Assembly: GCA_017440375.1 (NCBI GenBank)
Contig: JAFSHK010000059.1
Span: 5,045-69,044, forward strand
Direction of reading: 5' to 3'
Source of the DNA: Lachnospiraceae bacterium
GTDB lineage: Bacteria > Bacillota > Clostridia > Lachnospirales > Lachnospiraceae
Length of the DNA stretch: 64,000 nucleotides
Positions 20,495 through 29,921 of this stretch are shown in pieces (the stretch's first letter is position 1; every line of letters starts with the position of its first letter). The position numbers and the translations under genes are program-made. The notes under the pieces were generated by a model. The model was not told the DNA's origin. It searched no databases and worked only from the letters and a program-made list of their open reading frames with translations.

Positions 20495-21145
20495 CTAAAG
20501 TTTTCGACTACTTCTGTCGCCATGCAGAATTCTCTCTTTATCTGATGCACTTGGTTCAACCACTCTGCCATTTCTGTCATAATAAGTTAAGAGAGTCGAA
20601 TTTTTAGCAATCGTCTTTCTTCCATTATCAGTCAACAAGTTTATTACCTGAGGTAAATCTCCGGTATGCAGATATTGTTGAATTTCCTTATCAACCCATT
20701 CCTCGTCACTGCGTCGTGCCACCTCAAGATCCAATTGCTTTGCGATCGCTTCTTGTTCTTCCGGTGCCTGCACCACATCCGTATCATTCCATATTCGATA
20801 GAAGAAATCCTTTACAGACTGTACGATATCCGTAATCATTTCTTGAATGGTGCCAAGAATTGATTTTTGCTCCGTTTTCTCCTGTGTTTTTGGTTCATCA
20901 TTTGTATGTTCCGATTTTGTACTTGTGTATGCAGAATTTTGCGAAAGTTCAAGCTTTACTCCATTTCGCTCTGCCGCCTGATTTTTCGCTTCTTTTGATT
21001 CTTTCTTTTCTTTTTCGGTTTCTTCTGAATGAAGACTCTCCTGTTTATAGTCTAGACTAAATTTCTCGCCATTATCCTGAATTGTGTTAACAGTCTTCAT
21101 TTGTGAATAATCATTATAATAATTTCCATCAACTCTATTAATCAT
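20495..21145 (-). CDS. Hypothetical acidic protein
   Basis: 216-aa ORF with GAGG RBS and an upstream TGTTATAAT extended -10; no recognisable domain. Confidence 0.7.
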   Translation of the reverse strand: MINRVDGNYYNDYSQMKTVNTIQDNGEKFSLDYKQESLHSEETEKEKKESKEAKNQAAERNGVKLELSQNSAYTSTKSEHTNDEPKTQEKTEQKSILGTIQEMITDIVQSVKDFFYRIWNDTDVVQAPEEQEAIAKQLDLEVARRSDEEWVDKEIQQYLHTGDLPQVINLLTDNGRKTIAKNSTLLTYYDRNGRVVEPSASDKERILHGDRSSRKL

Positions 21146-21220
21146 AGATTCCGATTCAATCCTCTTTTTTCATATGTTATGCCTATTATAACAAAAACCC
21201 GACAAAAAATCTTCATTATA

Positions 21221-21252
21221 AAAACGGAATCTTGTGTTATATTCAAGATTCC
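21221..21252 (-). terminator. Intrinsic terminator after leuD
   Basis: GGAATCTTG-N9-CAAGATTCC stem followed by GTTTTT on the minus strand. Confidence 0.7.
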
Positions 21253-21290
21253 ATCTTTTTAATCTCTTAGATATTCTTATATTTGCATTT

Positions 21291-21779
21291 CTATTTCTCG
21301 TTAATATAATTTACGAGTCCCTCTGCAGCAATGATTTTCTGCATAAATTCAGGGAATGCCTGCCCTTTGTAAGTAGTCCCCTTAGTTACATCGGTAATGA
21401 CTCCGGTATCAAAGTTTACTTCTACCACATCACCTGCATCAATTCCTTTAGCAGCTTCTGGACACTCAATAATTGGAAGTCCGATGTTGATTGCATTACG
21501 GTAAAAAATTCTTGCAAAGGTTTCTGCGATAACGCAGCTTACACCTGCCGCTTTAATTGCAATTGGCGCATGCTCTCTGGAGGAACCACAACCAAAGTTT
21601 TTGGTTGCTACCATAATATCGCCTTTTTGCACATTTTTCACGAAATCTTTATCAATATCTTCCATACAATGTGTTGCTAATTCTGCCGGATCCGATGAAT
21701 TCAAATAACGAGCCGGAATAATTACGTCTGTATCTACGTTATCACCATATTTAAAAACAGTACCTTTTGCTGCTTTCAT
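21291..21779 (-). CDS. leuD: 3-isopropylmalate dehydratase small subunit (short type)
   Basis: [39 protein letters not shown]. Start 21779 after AGGAGG. Confidence 0.9.
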   Translation of the reverse strand: MKAAKGTVFKYGDNVDTDVIIPARYLNSSDPAELATHCMEDIDKDFVKNVQKGDIMVATKNFGCGSSREHAPIAIKAAGVSCVIAETFARIFYRNAINIGLPIIECPEAAKGIDAGDVVEVNFDTGVITDVTKGTTYKGQAFPEFMQKIIAAEGLVNYINEK

Positions 21780-21875
21780 GCTAATGCCTCCTATAAATAT
21801 TTGTTTCAATTCATATTACTTCTTTAAGCATTTCTGCTTTATCTATTGATTTTATTATTGATTTTATACAAGTGC

Positions 21876-23141
21876 TTACGCCAACTGACACGGACAGGAA
21901 ATCTTACCTGTAATCGCACTTGCTGCGGCAACTGCAGGGCTTGCCAAATAAATTTCGGAATCCACATGTCCCATTCTTCCGACAAAGTTACGATTTGTTG
22001 TAGATACACAACGCTCTCCCTCAGCCAGAATACCCATGTAACCGCCAAGACAAGGTCCACAGGTCGGTGTGCTTACAACTGCACCCGCTTCAATGAAAGT
22101 TTTCAGAAGTCCTTCTTCCATTGCCTGCATATAGATTGCTTGTGTTGCCGGAATAATAATACATCTCATTCCTTTTGCAACATGTCTGTCTTTCAATACT
22201 TCTGCGGCAATTCTTAAGTCATCCAGTCTTCCGTTTGTACAGGAACCAATCACAACCTGATCAATCTTGATATCTTCTTTGATTTCATCAATTGTCTTTG
22301 TGTTTTCCGGTAAATGTGGGAATGCAATCGTTGGACGAAGGGCACTCAAGTCGATAGTATATTCTTCGTCATAAACGGCATCTTCATCTGCTTCATAAAT
22401 GGTATATGTTCTCTTGGAATGTTCTTTCATATATTCAATTGCAAGCTCATCCACCGGAAAAATACCATTTTTTCCACCTGCTTCAATTGCCATGTTAGCA
22501 ATTGTGAAACGATCATCCATCGTAAGGTTTTTGATACCTTCTCCAACAAATTCCATGGATTTGTATAAAGCGCCGTCTACACCAATCATACCTATAATGT
22601 GCAGAATAACGTCTTTACCGCTTACCCATTTACTTGGTTTACCAACAATATTAAATTTAATAGCTGACGGTACTTTAAACCATGCTTTACCGGTTGCCAT
22701 ACCAGCCGCCATATCAGTGCTTCCTACACCGGTGGAAAATGCACCAAGTGCACCGTATGTACAAGTATGAGAATCAGCACCGATGATAACGTCACCAGCA
22801 ACAGTCAAACCTTTCTCCGGAAGCAGCGCATGTTCGATCCCCATCTCGCCTACTTCAAAATAATTGGTAATTTCGTTACGATATGCGAATTCTCTCACGC
22901 ATTTGCAGTGCTCAGCGGATTTAATATCTTTATTCGGCACAAAATGATCCGGTACAAGCGCAATTTTATCTTTATCAAAAACGCCGTCTACTTTCATTTT
23001 CTCCATTTCCTTAATGGCTACCGGACTTGTGATATCGTTTCCAAGCACTAAATCCAAATTTGCTTCAATTAACTGACCAGCTTCTACTTTCTCTAATCCA
23101 GCATGTGCCGCCAGTATTTTCTGGGTCATTGTCATTCCCAT
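21876..23141 (-). CDS. leuC: 3-isopropylmalate dehydratase large subunit (short, HacA-like type)
   Basis: [37 protein letters not shown]. Confidence 0.9.
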   Translation of the reverse strand: MGMTMTQKILAAHAGLEKVEAGQLIEANLDLVLGNDITSPVAIKEMEKMKVDGVFDKDKIALVPDHFVPNKDIKSAEHCKCVREFAYRNEITNYFEVGEMGIEHALLPEKGLTVAGDVIIGADSHTCTYGALGAFSTGVGSTDMAAGMATGKAWFKVPSAIKFNIVGKPSKWVSGKDVILHIIGMIGVDGALYKSMEFVGEGIKNLTMDDRFTIANMAIEAGGKNGIFPVDELAIEYMKEHSKRTYTIYEADEDAVYDEEYTIDLSALRPTIAFPHLPENTKTIDEIKEDIKIDQVVIGSCTNGRLDDLRIAAEVLKDRHVAKGMRCIIIPATQAIYMQAMEEGLLKTFIEAGAVVSTPTCGPCLGGYMGILAEGERCVSTTNRNFVGRMGHVDSEIYLASPAVAAASAITGKISCPCQLA

Positions 23142-23208
23142 AATATTTCCCTCCTTATTCTAAATTACTTCCTTCTATAACAAGTACTCTTATCATATTT
23201 TCCAAAAG

Positions 23209-23609
23209 GTTTCTCAAAAATAATGTTCCATCAACCTTGTAACCCATTCAGGTACTTGCGCATCCTTTTTATCATAAACGGGATAATAAGGTTTTATATC
23301 AAGTATAGATGTTCCATCAATGGCATCTAACCCTTTTACGGTTAATGATTTTTCATCTACCGAAACAATCTGAACAGATGTCATTCCGATTTTGTTTGGT
23401 CTGTCTTTTCCTCTTTGAGAAAAAATACCAACCAACGGCATATCATCTCTGTTTTGTGGACGTCTTTGTAAATGTTTATCACTTTCGTAATTTGCCTTAT
23501 CTAAATAATATATTATAATCACATGCGAAAAATTTTCAAGTCCAGTCAAGCCATTATAATATTCTTCCTTAAACAATCGAACTGTTATTCTTGTTCTATC
23601 TGTTTCTCA
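23209..23609. repeat. 8-bp direct repeat GTTTCTCA (23209-23216 and 23602-23609) flanking the trmO-like fragment
   Basis: Identical 8-mers read directly from the sequence at both ends of the fragment. Confidence 0.5.
23214..23590 (-). pseudogene. 5'-truncated TrmO/TsaA (YaeB)-like SAM-dependent methyltransferase fragment
   Basis: GLTGLENFSHVIIIYYLD, GIFSQRGKDRPNKIG, GLDAIDGTSILDIKPY are YaeB/TrmO motifs. The N-terminal PIG-containing segment is absent, there is no RBS before the TTG at 23576, and an in-frame TGA lies 11 codons upstream. Confidence 0.65.
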
Positions 23610-23761
23610 GTATATCATATCAATTATTATTCTTCCAATATATATTATTTATATTTACTATTCCCTGTAGTTATATTATAATGATAAAAAATAAGATTCA
23701 TAGACGATTTTAAAAAATTATGAAAGAATTTTTACTAATCAGAAAGGGAATTGTTAATATC

Positions 23762-24667
23762 ATGGAACAAAATTTAAATCTGTATCATATTTTTTACACA
23801 ACCGCCAAAGCCGGAAACATATCTCTTGCTTCCAAAAAACTATTTATCAGTCAGCCTGCAGTCAGCAAATCCATTGCAAAGCTGGAAGAAAATCTTAACA
23901 CGATTCTCTTTTATCGTAATTCCCGTGGTGTTCGTCTGACAAAGGAAGGCATGCTTTTACAGGAACAGTTAGAACAGGCATTTCAGGCAATTTCATATGG
24001 TGAAGAACAGCTTCGTAAAATCCATGATCTTGGTATTGGACAGCTTACCATCGGTGTAAGTACTACCTTGTGCAAATATGTTCTGATTCCTTACTTACAA
24101 AAGTTCATTCAGAATAATCCTCATATCAAGGTTTCCATTGCCTGCCAGCCAACAAGCGAAACGATAAAGGGGCTTCGTAATGGAACATTGGATATCGGGC
24201 TTATTGGTACCTCTTCTGATATGAAAGATTTGTCTTTTTCTCCGGTTATGGAAATCCAGGATTCTTTTGTGACAACGAAGCAATATCTGAAAAATCTTGC
24301 TACTCGTTTAGAATGTTCTGATATAAATGTACCACTCTGGAATGAAGCAACTTTTCTTATGTTGGATGAAGAAAATATTTCCAGACGTTACATTAACAAT
24401 TATTTACAGCAAGAAAATATTGAAATTTCTCAGATAATCGAAATTTCCACCATGGATTTACTAATCGAATTTGCTAAAATTGATATCGGTATTGCCTGTG
24501 TCATCGAAAATTTTGTCACAAAAGAACTAGCTGACGGCAGTTTAATCCGATTGCCTATGGAGAAAAAGATTCCATCCAGAAATATTGGATTTGCATGGAA
24601 AGACCAGACGTTACAGACAACACGATTTTTATCAGAAATTTCTATACAGGGAAGTCTTGCGAACTAA
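23762..24667 (+). CDS. LysR-family transcriptional regulator, divergent from leuCD
   Basis: MEQNLNLYHIF...NISLASKKLFISQPAVSKSIAKLE...LFYRNSRGVRLTKEG HTH; AAAGGGA RBS before 23762. Confidence 0.92.
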   Translation: MEQNLNLYHIFYTTAKAGNISLASKKLFISQPAVSKSIAKLEENLNTILFYRNSRGVRLTKEGMLLQEQLEQAFQAISYGEEQLRKIHDLGIGQLTIGVSTTLCKYVLIPYLQKFIQNNPHIKVSIACQPTSETIKGLRNGTLDIGLIGTSSDMKDLSFSPVMEIQDSFVTTKQYLKNLATRLECSDINVPLWNEATFLMLDEENISRRYINNYLQQENIEISQIIEISTMDLLIEFAKIDIGIACVIENFVTKELADGSLIRLPMEKKIPSRNIGFAWKDQTLQTTRFLSEISIQGSLAN

Positions 24668-25058
24668 AATTACTATAAAAACGTCCCTTTGTTGCAACAA
24701 ATCGCAAAACGCAGTAATCAGGGTCTATAACTCCCAACGGATAATACATTGTATCGCCTTCTCGCCAAATCATTTCTTTGCTATGCTTATCCTCTAATAC
24801 CTCCATCTCTCCTATAAGCATAACACCTTTGAAAAAACGTTTGTCACAAAAATAAATACATGCCTTTGAATTTTTTCTAATCTGAGCAACTCTCATGGAA
24901 GATGTGTTTGTAGTAAAATAAAACTCTTTTATTCCTTCCCTTTTGCGTGGTGGTAACATTGCTTTCATGTTTGGAAAGCCATCACCATCCACAGAACCGA
25001 TAAACGAAACACTCTGTTTATCAATTATATTTCCTATTGTTTTTTCTATATCTTTCAT
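24642..25058 (-). CDS. Pyridoxamine 5'-phosphate oxidase-like FMN-binding protein (general stress protein 26-like)
   Basis: SVDGDGFPNMKAM, FTTNTSSMRVAQI, YYPLGVIDPDYCVLRF; GGAGGTG RBS. Confidence 0.8.
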   Translation of the reverse strand: MKDIEKTIGNIIDKQSVSFIGSVDGDGFPNMKAMLPPRKREGIKEFYFTTNTSSMRVAQIRKNSKACIYFCDKRFFKGVMLIGEMEVLEDKHSKEMIWREGDTMYYPLGVIDPDYCVLRFVATKGRFYSNFSSQDFPV

Positions 25059-25126
25059 CTCTAAGCACCTCCTGCTATTATAATAAAAGCATTTAGCGCC
25101 AAAGTAAATTACCCACTTTTTTGTAA

Positions 25127-25483
25127 CTATAATAATCCTTTTTCCTTCAAAAAGTCTTCTCGTTTATCTTCTACCATAATTTCAATACCGATTCCTTGCA
25201 TAATTGAAACTACTTCAAATATTTTTCTTCCCCTATCCGTTAAATAGTATTCCACTTTCAAGGGATAGCCCTCATACACATTTTTTGACACAACTCCATA
25301 ATCCGAAAGTTCTTGCAAATGCTGAAGTAACATTTTTTGACTTATACCTTTAATTTCATTTTTTAAACTTGATAGAGATTTCTTACCTTTACTAAGTTCC
25401 CATATAATAATAGGTTTCCATTTACCACGAATAATATCATGTGTCATTTCCAACGGACAGGTGTATTCATTTCTTAGTTTCAT
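25127..25483 (-). CDS. HxlR-family winged-helix regulator
   Basis: CPLE...IRGKWKPIIIWEL, GISQKMLLQHLQEL, PLKVEYYLTDRG. Confidence 0.88.
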   Translation of the reverse strand: MKLRNEYTCPLEMTHDIIRGKWKPIIIWELSKGKKSLSSLKNEIKGISQKMLLQHLQELSDYGVVSKNVYEGYPLKVEYYLTDRGRKIFEVVSIMQGIGIEIMVEDKREDFLKEKGLL

Positions 25484-25500
25484 ACTTAAAATTCTCCTAC

Positions 25501-25539
25501 AAAAAACCCAAGTACAGTCCTTACAAACTATACTTGGGT
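25501..25539 (-). terminator. Intrinsic terminator after ilvC
   Basis: ACCCAAGTA...TACTTGGGT inverted repeat followed by a T-tract on the minus strand. Confidence 0.7.
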
Positions 25540-25584
25540 ATCATATCATTACTGTTCCCTCACGGGATAATATTGCGCATACGA

Positions 25585-26631
<1,047 letters not shown>

Positions 26632-26700
26632 TTAAAAATATATAACTGAAAGGGTTCTCCCCTCTAAGCTACAAAATCATTACGCGTTTCGATCACCTTT

Positions 26701-27198
26701 TTATAAATATGTAACGTTCTCAATACCACGTCCAAGTCCGGCTATACCGGTTCTGGCAAGCTCTAAAATTTCATAACCATCTAAGAGATTGATAAACGCT
26801 TCTATCTTCTCCTGATTTCCTGTTAATTCAACAATAAGACTTTCTTTGGAAACATCAACAATATTTGCACGAAAGATATCAGCTATTGCAATAACACCCT
26901 GTCTCTTTTCCGCAGATGCTTTTACTTTAATCATTGCAAGCTCACGGTAAACACTTTCATGTGGCTTCAATTCCTTAATGTCACGAACATCGACTAACTT
27001 TGCTACCTGCTTCTCAATCTGATCCAAAATTTCATCATCACCGGAAGCAACAATGGTAATGCGAGTAAATCGCGGATCTGCTGTTACACCTGCTGTAATA
27101 CTTTCAATATTGTAACCGCGTCTGGAAAACAATCCGGAAATACGGCTCAGTACACCGGCTGTATTGTCTACCAGAAGCTGAAATACTTTTTTATTCAT
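26701..27198 (-). CDS. ilvN: Acetolactate synthase small (regulatory) subunit, copy 2
   Basis: LVDNTAGVLSRISGLFSRRGYNIES, ELARTG. Start 27198. Confidence 0.9.
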   Translation of the reverse strand: MNKKVFQLLVDNTAGVLSRISGLFSRRGYNIESITAGVTADPRFTRITIVASGDDEILDQIEKQVAKLVDVRDIKELKPHESVYRELAMIKVKASAEKRQGVIAIADIFRANIVDVSKESLIVELTGNQEKIEAFINLLDGYEILELARTGIAGLGRGIENVTYL

Positions 27199-27256
27199 AA
27201 GAATTTCCTGCCTTTCTCCAAGCAACGCTTGTACTTCTAGACAAACACTGTCAATA

Positions 27257-27285
27257 ATTGTAGCAACTATCGGTTGAAAAGTCAA
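27257..27285 (-). promoter_or_regulatory. Sigma-A promoter for ilvN(2)-ilvC
   Basis: Minus strand TTGACT-N17-TACAAT, with TG one base before the -10. Confidence 0.7.
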
Positions 27286-27327
27286 CACTTAGCACATTTG
27301 CAATTTGGCTTTCTACATCAGTTTTGT

Positions 27328-27813
27328 CTATTCCGTATCCAGACACTTCGGCAATGCAAGTGTTCCGGTTCTTGCTACTTCTACTACACTGACAGATTGT
27401 AGCATAGTAATTAATAATTTAATTTTTTCCGGCACATCACAAATCTGAATAATCATCAGATTCTTAGACATATCAACGATATCAGCCTTCATAATTTCAC
27501 AGGTTTCCATGATATCACGACGATTACTCTTATTATATTTTACTTTAATCAACATCAATTCCCTGCTGATACTTGCCGTTTCATCAAACGTTTTTACTTT
27601 AATGACATCGAGCTTTTTGTTAAGCTGTTTTTCAATCTGTTCAATGGTTCTCTGGTCACCGCTGCTTACGATGGTCATACAGGAAACTTCCGGATCATCG
27701 GTTTCACCTACAGCCAGACTATCAATATTAAAACATCTTCTGGAAAAGAGTCCCGCTACTTTACAAAGCACACCGGAACGGTTTTCTACCAATACGGAAT
27801 ATATTTTCTTCAT
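27328..27813 (-). CDS. ilvN: Acetolactate synthase small (regulatory) subunit, copy 1
   Basis: LVENRSGVLCKVAGLFSRRCFNIDSLAVG, QIEKQLNK, EVARTG. Confidence 0.9.
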   Translation of the reverse strand: MKKIYSVLVENRSGVLCKVAGLFSRRCFNIDSLAVGETDDPEVSCMTIVSSGDQRTIEQIEKQLNKKLDVIKVKTFDETASISRELMLIKVKYNKSNRRDIMETCEIMKADIVDMSKNLMIIQICDVPEKIKLLITMLQSVSVVEVARTGTLALPKCLDTE

Positions 27814-27843
27814 CTTTCATTATCCTTCCTATATCCGAGTTTA

Positions 27844-29460
27844 CTATTTTACCAAATCCATCGGGTCAATAATGCATTCTAAAAGCATTGACTCATCATT
27901 TGCCAGAAACTCGTCGATTGTTTCCTGCGCTTTATCCATGTTGAAAAGACGCATGAATTTCATGTCATAAGCCATAGCTAATTTCTCTAAATCAGGGCTG
28001 CCTGACAAATCAACTACCGAATAATTGTCTTTGTAAGTATAATGCTGGTACTCTCTTACCATACCGAGATAATTATTTTTAAGTACGACAATTTTTACAG
28101 GAACTTTAAACTGTTTCATGGTTGCAAGCTCCATCATGGACATCTGGAAAGAACCGTCACCACATACAGCAACAACCTGTTTCTTCGGACAAGCTAATTT
28201 CGCTCCCATGGCTGCCGGAATAGAATAACCCATTGTTCCCATACCACCGGTTGTTAAGAAACGACCATTTTTCACAATATGATAGCCACAGGACCAAATC
28301 TGGTTCTGACCAACATCCGCTACATAAACAGCATCTTCTTCCATTTTCTCAGACATCATACGGATAAATTCAGCCGGATCCACATAATCCGGGTTGGGAT
28401 TACGCTTTCTATCCATCGTATCACGATACTGATTCAAGGTTTCAATCCACTCTTCATGTTCACAAGTAAATTCTTCTTTTGCAAAATCCTCAAAAATATG
28501 TTTTGCATCACCTACAAGAGGAATGGCTGCTCCAACGTTTTTGCCGATTTCAGCCGGGTCAACATCAATATGTACCAGAACCTTATTCTCGGTAATCAAA
28601 TCCGGCTGGCTTACTGCACGGTCTGCCACTCTGGCACCTACCATAATCAGCAAATCAGACTCATTCATGGCACGATTTGCATATGGCTTTCCGTTGTTAC
28701 CAACCATACCGTAATACATCGGGTGTTTTGTCGGCATAACACCAATTCCCATCATAGTAGAAACAACCGGAATTCTATATTCTTCCGCAAAAGCACGAAG
28801 TTCTTTCTCTGCATCACTTAAAAGCACACCTCCACCGGCACAGATAATAGGTCTCTTCGCTTTGGATAATTCCTTCACAACCTTCTTAATCTGCACAATA
28901 TGTCCCTTAATCGTTGGCTTATAAGTGCGCATATTCACTTCTTCCGGATATTTAAATTTGTTTATCACCGCATTCTGAACATCAATCGGTACGTCAATCA
29001 GTACAGGACCTTTTCTTCCGGAATTTGCAATATAAAATGCCTCTTTAAAAATACGAGGAATTTCATTCGCGTCTTTTACAAGATAGCTGTATTTTACAAA
29101 GGATTCTACCGCACCTGTAATATCTGCTTCCTGAAATACATCAGAGCCAAGTAATTCGCTGTTTACCTGTCCGGTAATACAAACAAGCGGAATACTATCT
29201 GCAAAAGCAGTTGCAATACCGGTAATCACGTTGGTTGCACCGGGACCGGAAGTAACGGCACACACACCAACCTTTCCACTCACTCTGGCAAGACCACTTG
29301 CCGCATGCGCTGCATTCTGCTCAGTACGAATTAAAATCGTATCAATATCGGAATTTAATATACTGTTATAAAATGGACAAATAGCAACACCCGGATAACC
29401 AAATACGTACTCTACGCCTTCTTCTTCCAAGCATTTTACCATTGCATCTGCACCTATCAT
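27844..29460 (-). CDS. ilvB: Acetolactate synthase large subunit
   Basis: FGYPG, TSGPGATN, GPVLIDVP, GDGSFQM...NN TPP motif. Start 29460 after AGGAGGAG. Confidence 0.92.
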   Translation of the reverse strand: MIGADAMVKCLEEEGVEYVFGYPGVAICPFYNSILNSDIDTILIRTEQNAAHAASGLARVSGKVGVCAVTSGPGATNVITGIATAFADSIPLVCITGQVNSELLGSDVFQEADITGAVESFVKYSYLVKDANEIPRIFKEAFYIANSGRKGPVLIDVPIDVQNAVINKFKYPEEVNMRTYKPTIKGHIVQIKKVVKELSKAKRPIICAGGGVLLSDAEKELRAFAEEYRIPVVSTMMGIGVMPTKHPMYYGMVGNNGKPYANRAMNESDLLIMVGARVADRAVSQPDLITENKVLVHIDVDPAEIGKNVGAAIPLVGDAKHIFEDFAKEEFTCEHEEWIETLNQYRDTMDRKRNPNPDYVDPAEFIRMMSEKMEEDAVYVADVGQNQIWSCGYHIVKNGRFLTTGGMGTMGYSIPAAMGAKLACPKKQVVAVCGDGSFQMSMMELATMKQFKVPVKIVVLKNNYLGMVREYQHYTYKDNYSVVDLSGSPDLEKLAMAYDMKFMRLFNMDKAQETIDEFLANDESMLLECIIDPMDLVK

Positions 29461-29479
29461 AATTTCTCTACTCCTCCTA

Positions 29480-29911
29480 TCAGTTAAAAACATTCATCAT
29501 ATTCGCCAAAGGTTCCACGACATCTTCCAAATCCTGAATTGCACTGTTCAACCCCTCAAAATCAATGGAACTGATATCTTCCATCGCTGTTGACATTGTT
29601 TCTGAGTTTTCCGAAAGAAAGGTTTCCATCTCAGTACACACCATAGTAACATTGGTACTCATGGTAGAAATATCCGTAAGCGTCGTATCCGCATTTGTAA
29701 GCGTTGTTTCTGCCATCGTTGCCACTTCGTTGATTTCATCTAATACGGTGACTACTTTCGGAATTACAAGCACTAATGCAATTACAACTGCCACGAAAAC
29801 ACCTACCCCTGTAAATGCCGTCAATCTGGAATAAAACAACTGTTTTTCCTGCTTTTTTAATAATTTCTCCAACGTTTGTTCACTTACCTGTTCTTCAAAT
29901 TGTTCCGTCAT
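29480..29911 (-). CDS. Hypothetical single-TM, acidic coiled-coil protein
   Basis: TM FTGVGVFVAVVIALVLVIP followed by Thr/Met/Glu-rich heptads. Confidence 0.7.
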   Translation of the reverse strand: MTEQFEEQVSEQTLEKLLKKQEKQLFYSRLTAFTGVGVFVAVVIALVLVIPKVVTVLDEINEVATMAETTLTNADTTLTDISTMSTNVTMVCTEMETFLSENSETMSTAMEDISSIDFEGLNSAIQDLEDVVEPLANMMNVFN

Positions 29912-29921
29912 ACTTCACCCA

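Noticed and set aside
24630-25500. Possible direct repeat bounding the HxlR/PNPOx pair (AAATTTCTATACA versus AAATTCTCCTACA)
   Set aside because: Too many mismatches in AT-rich DNA to count as a target-site duplication.
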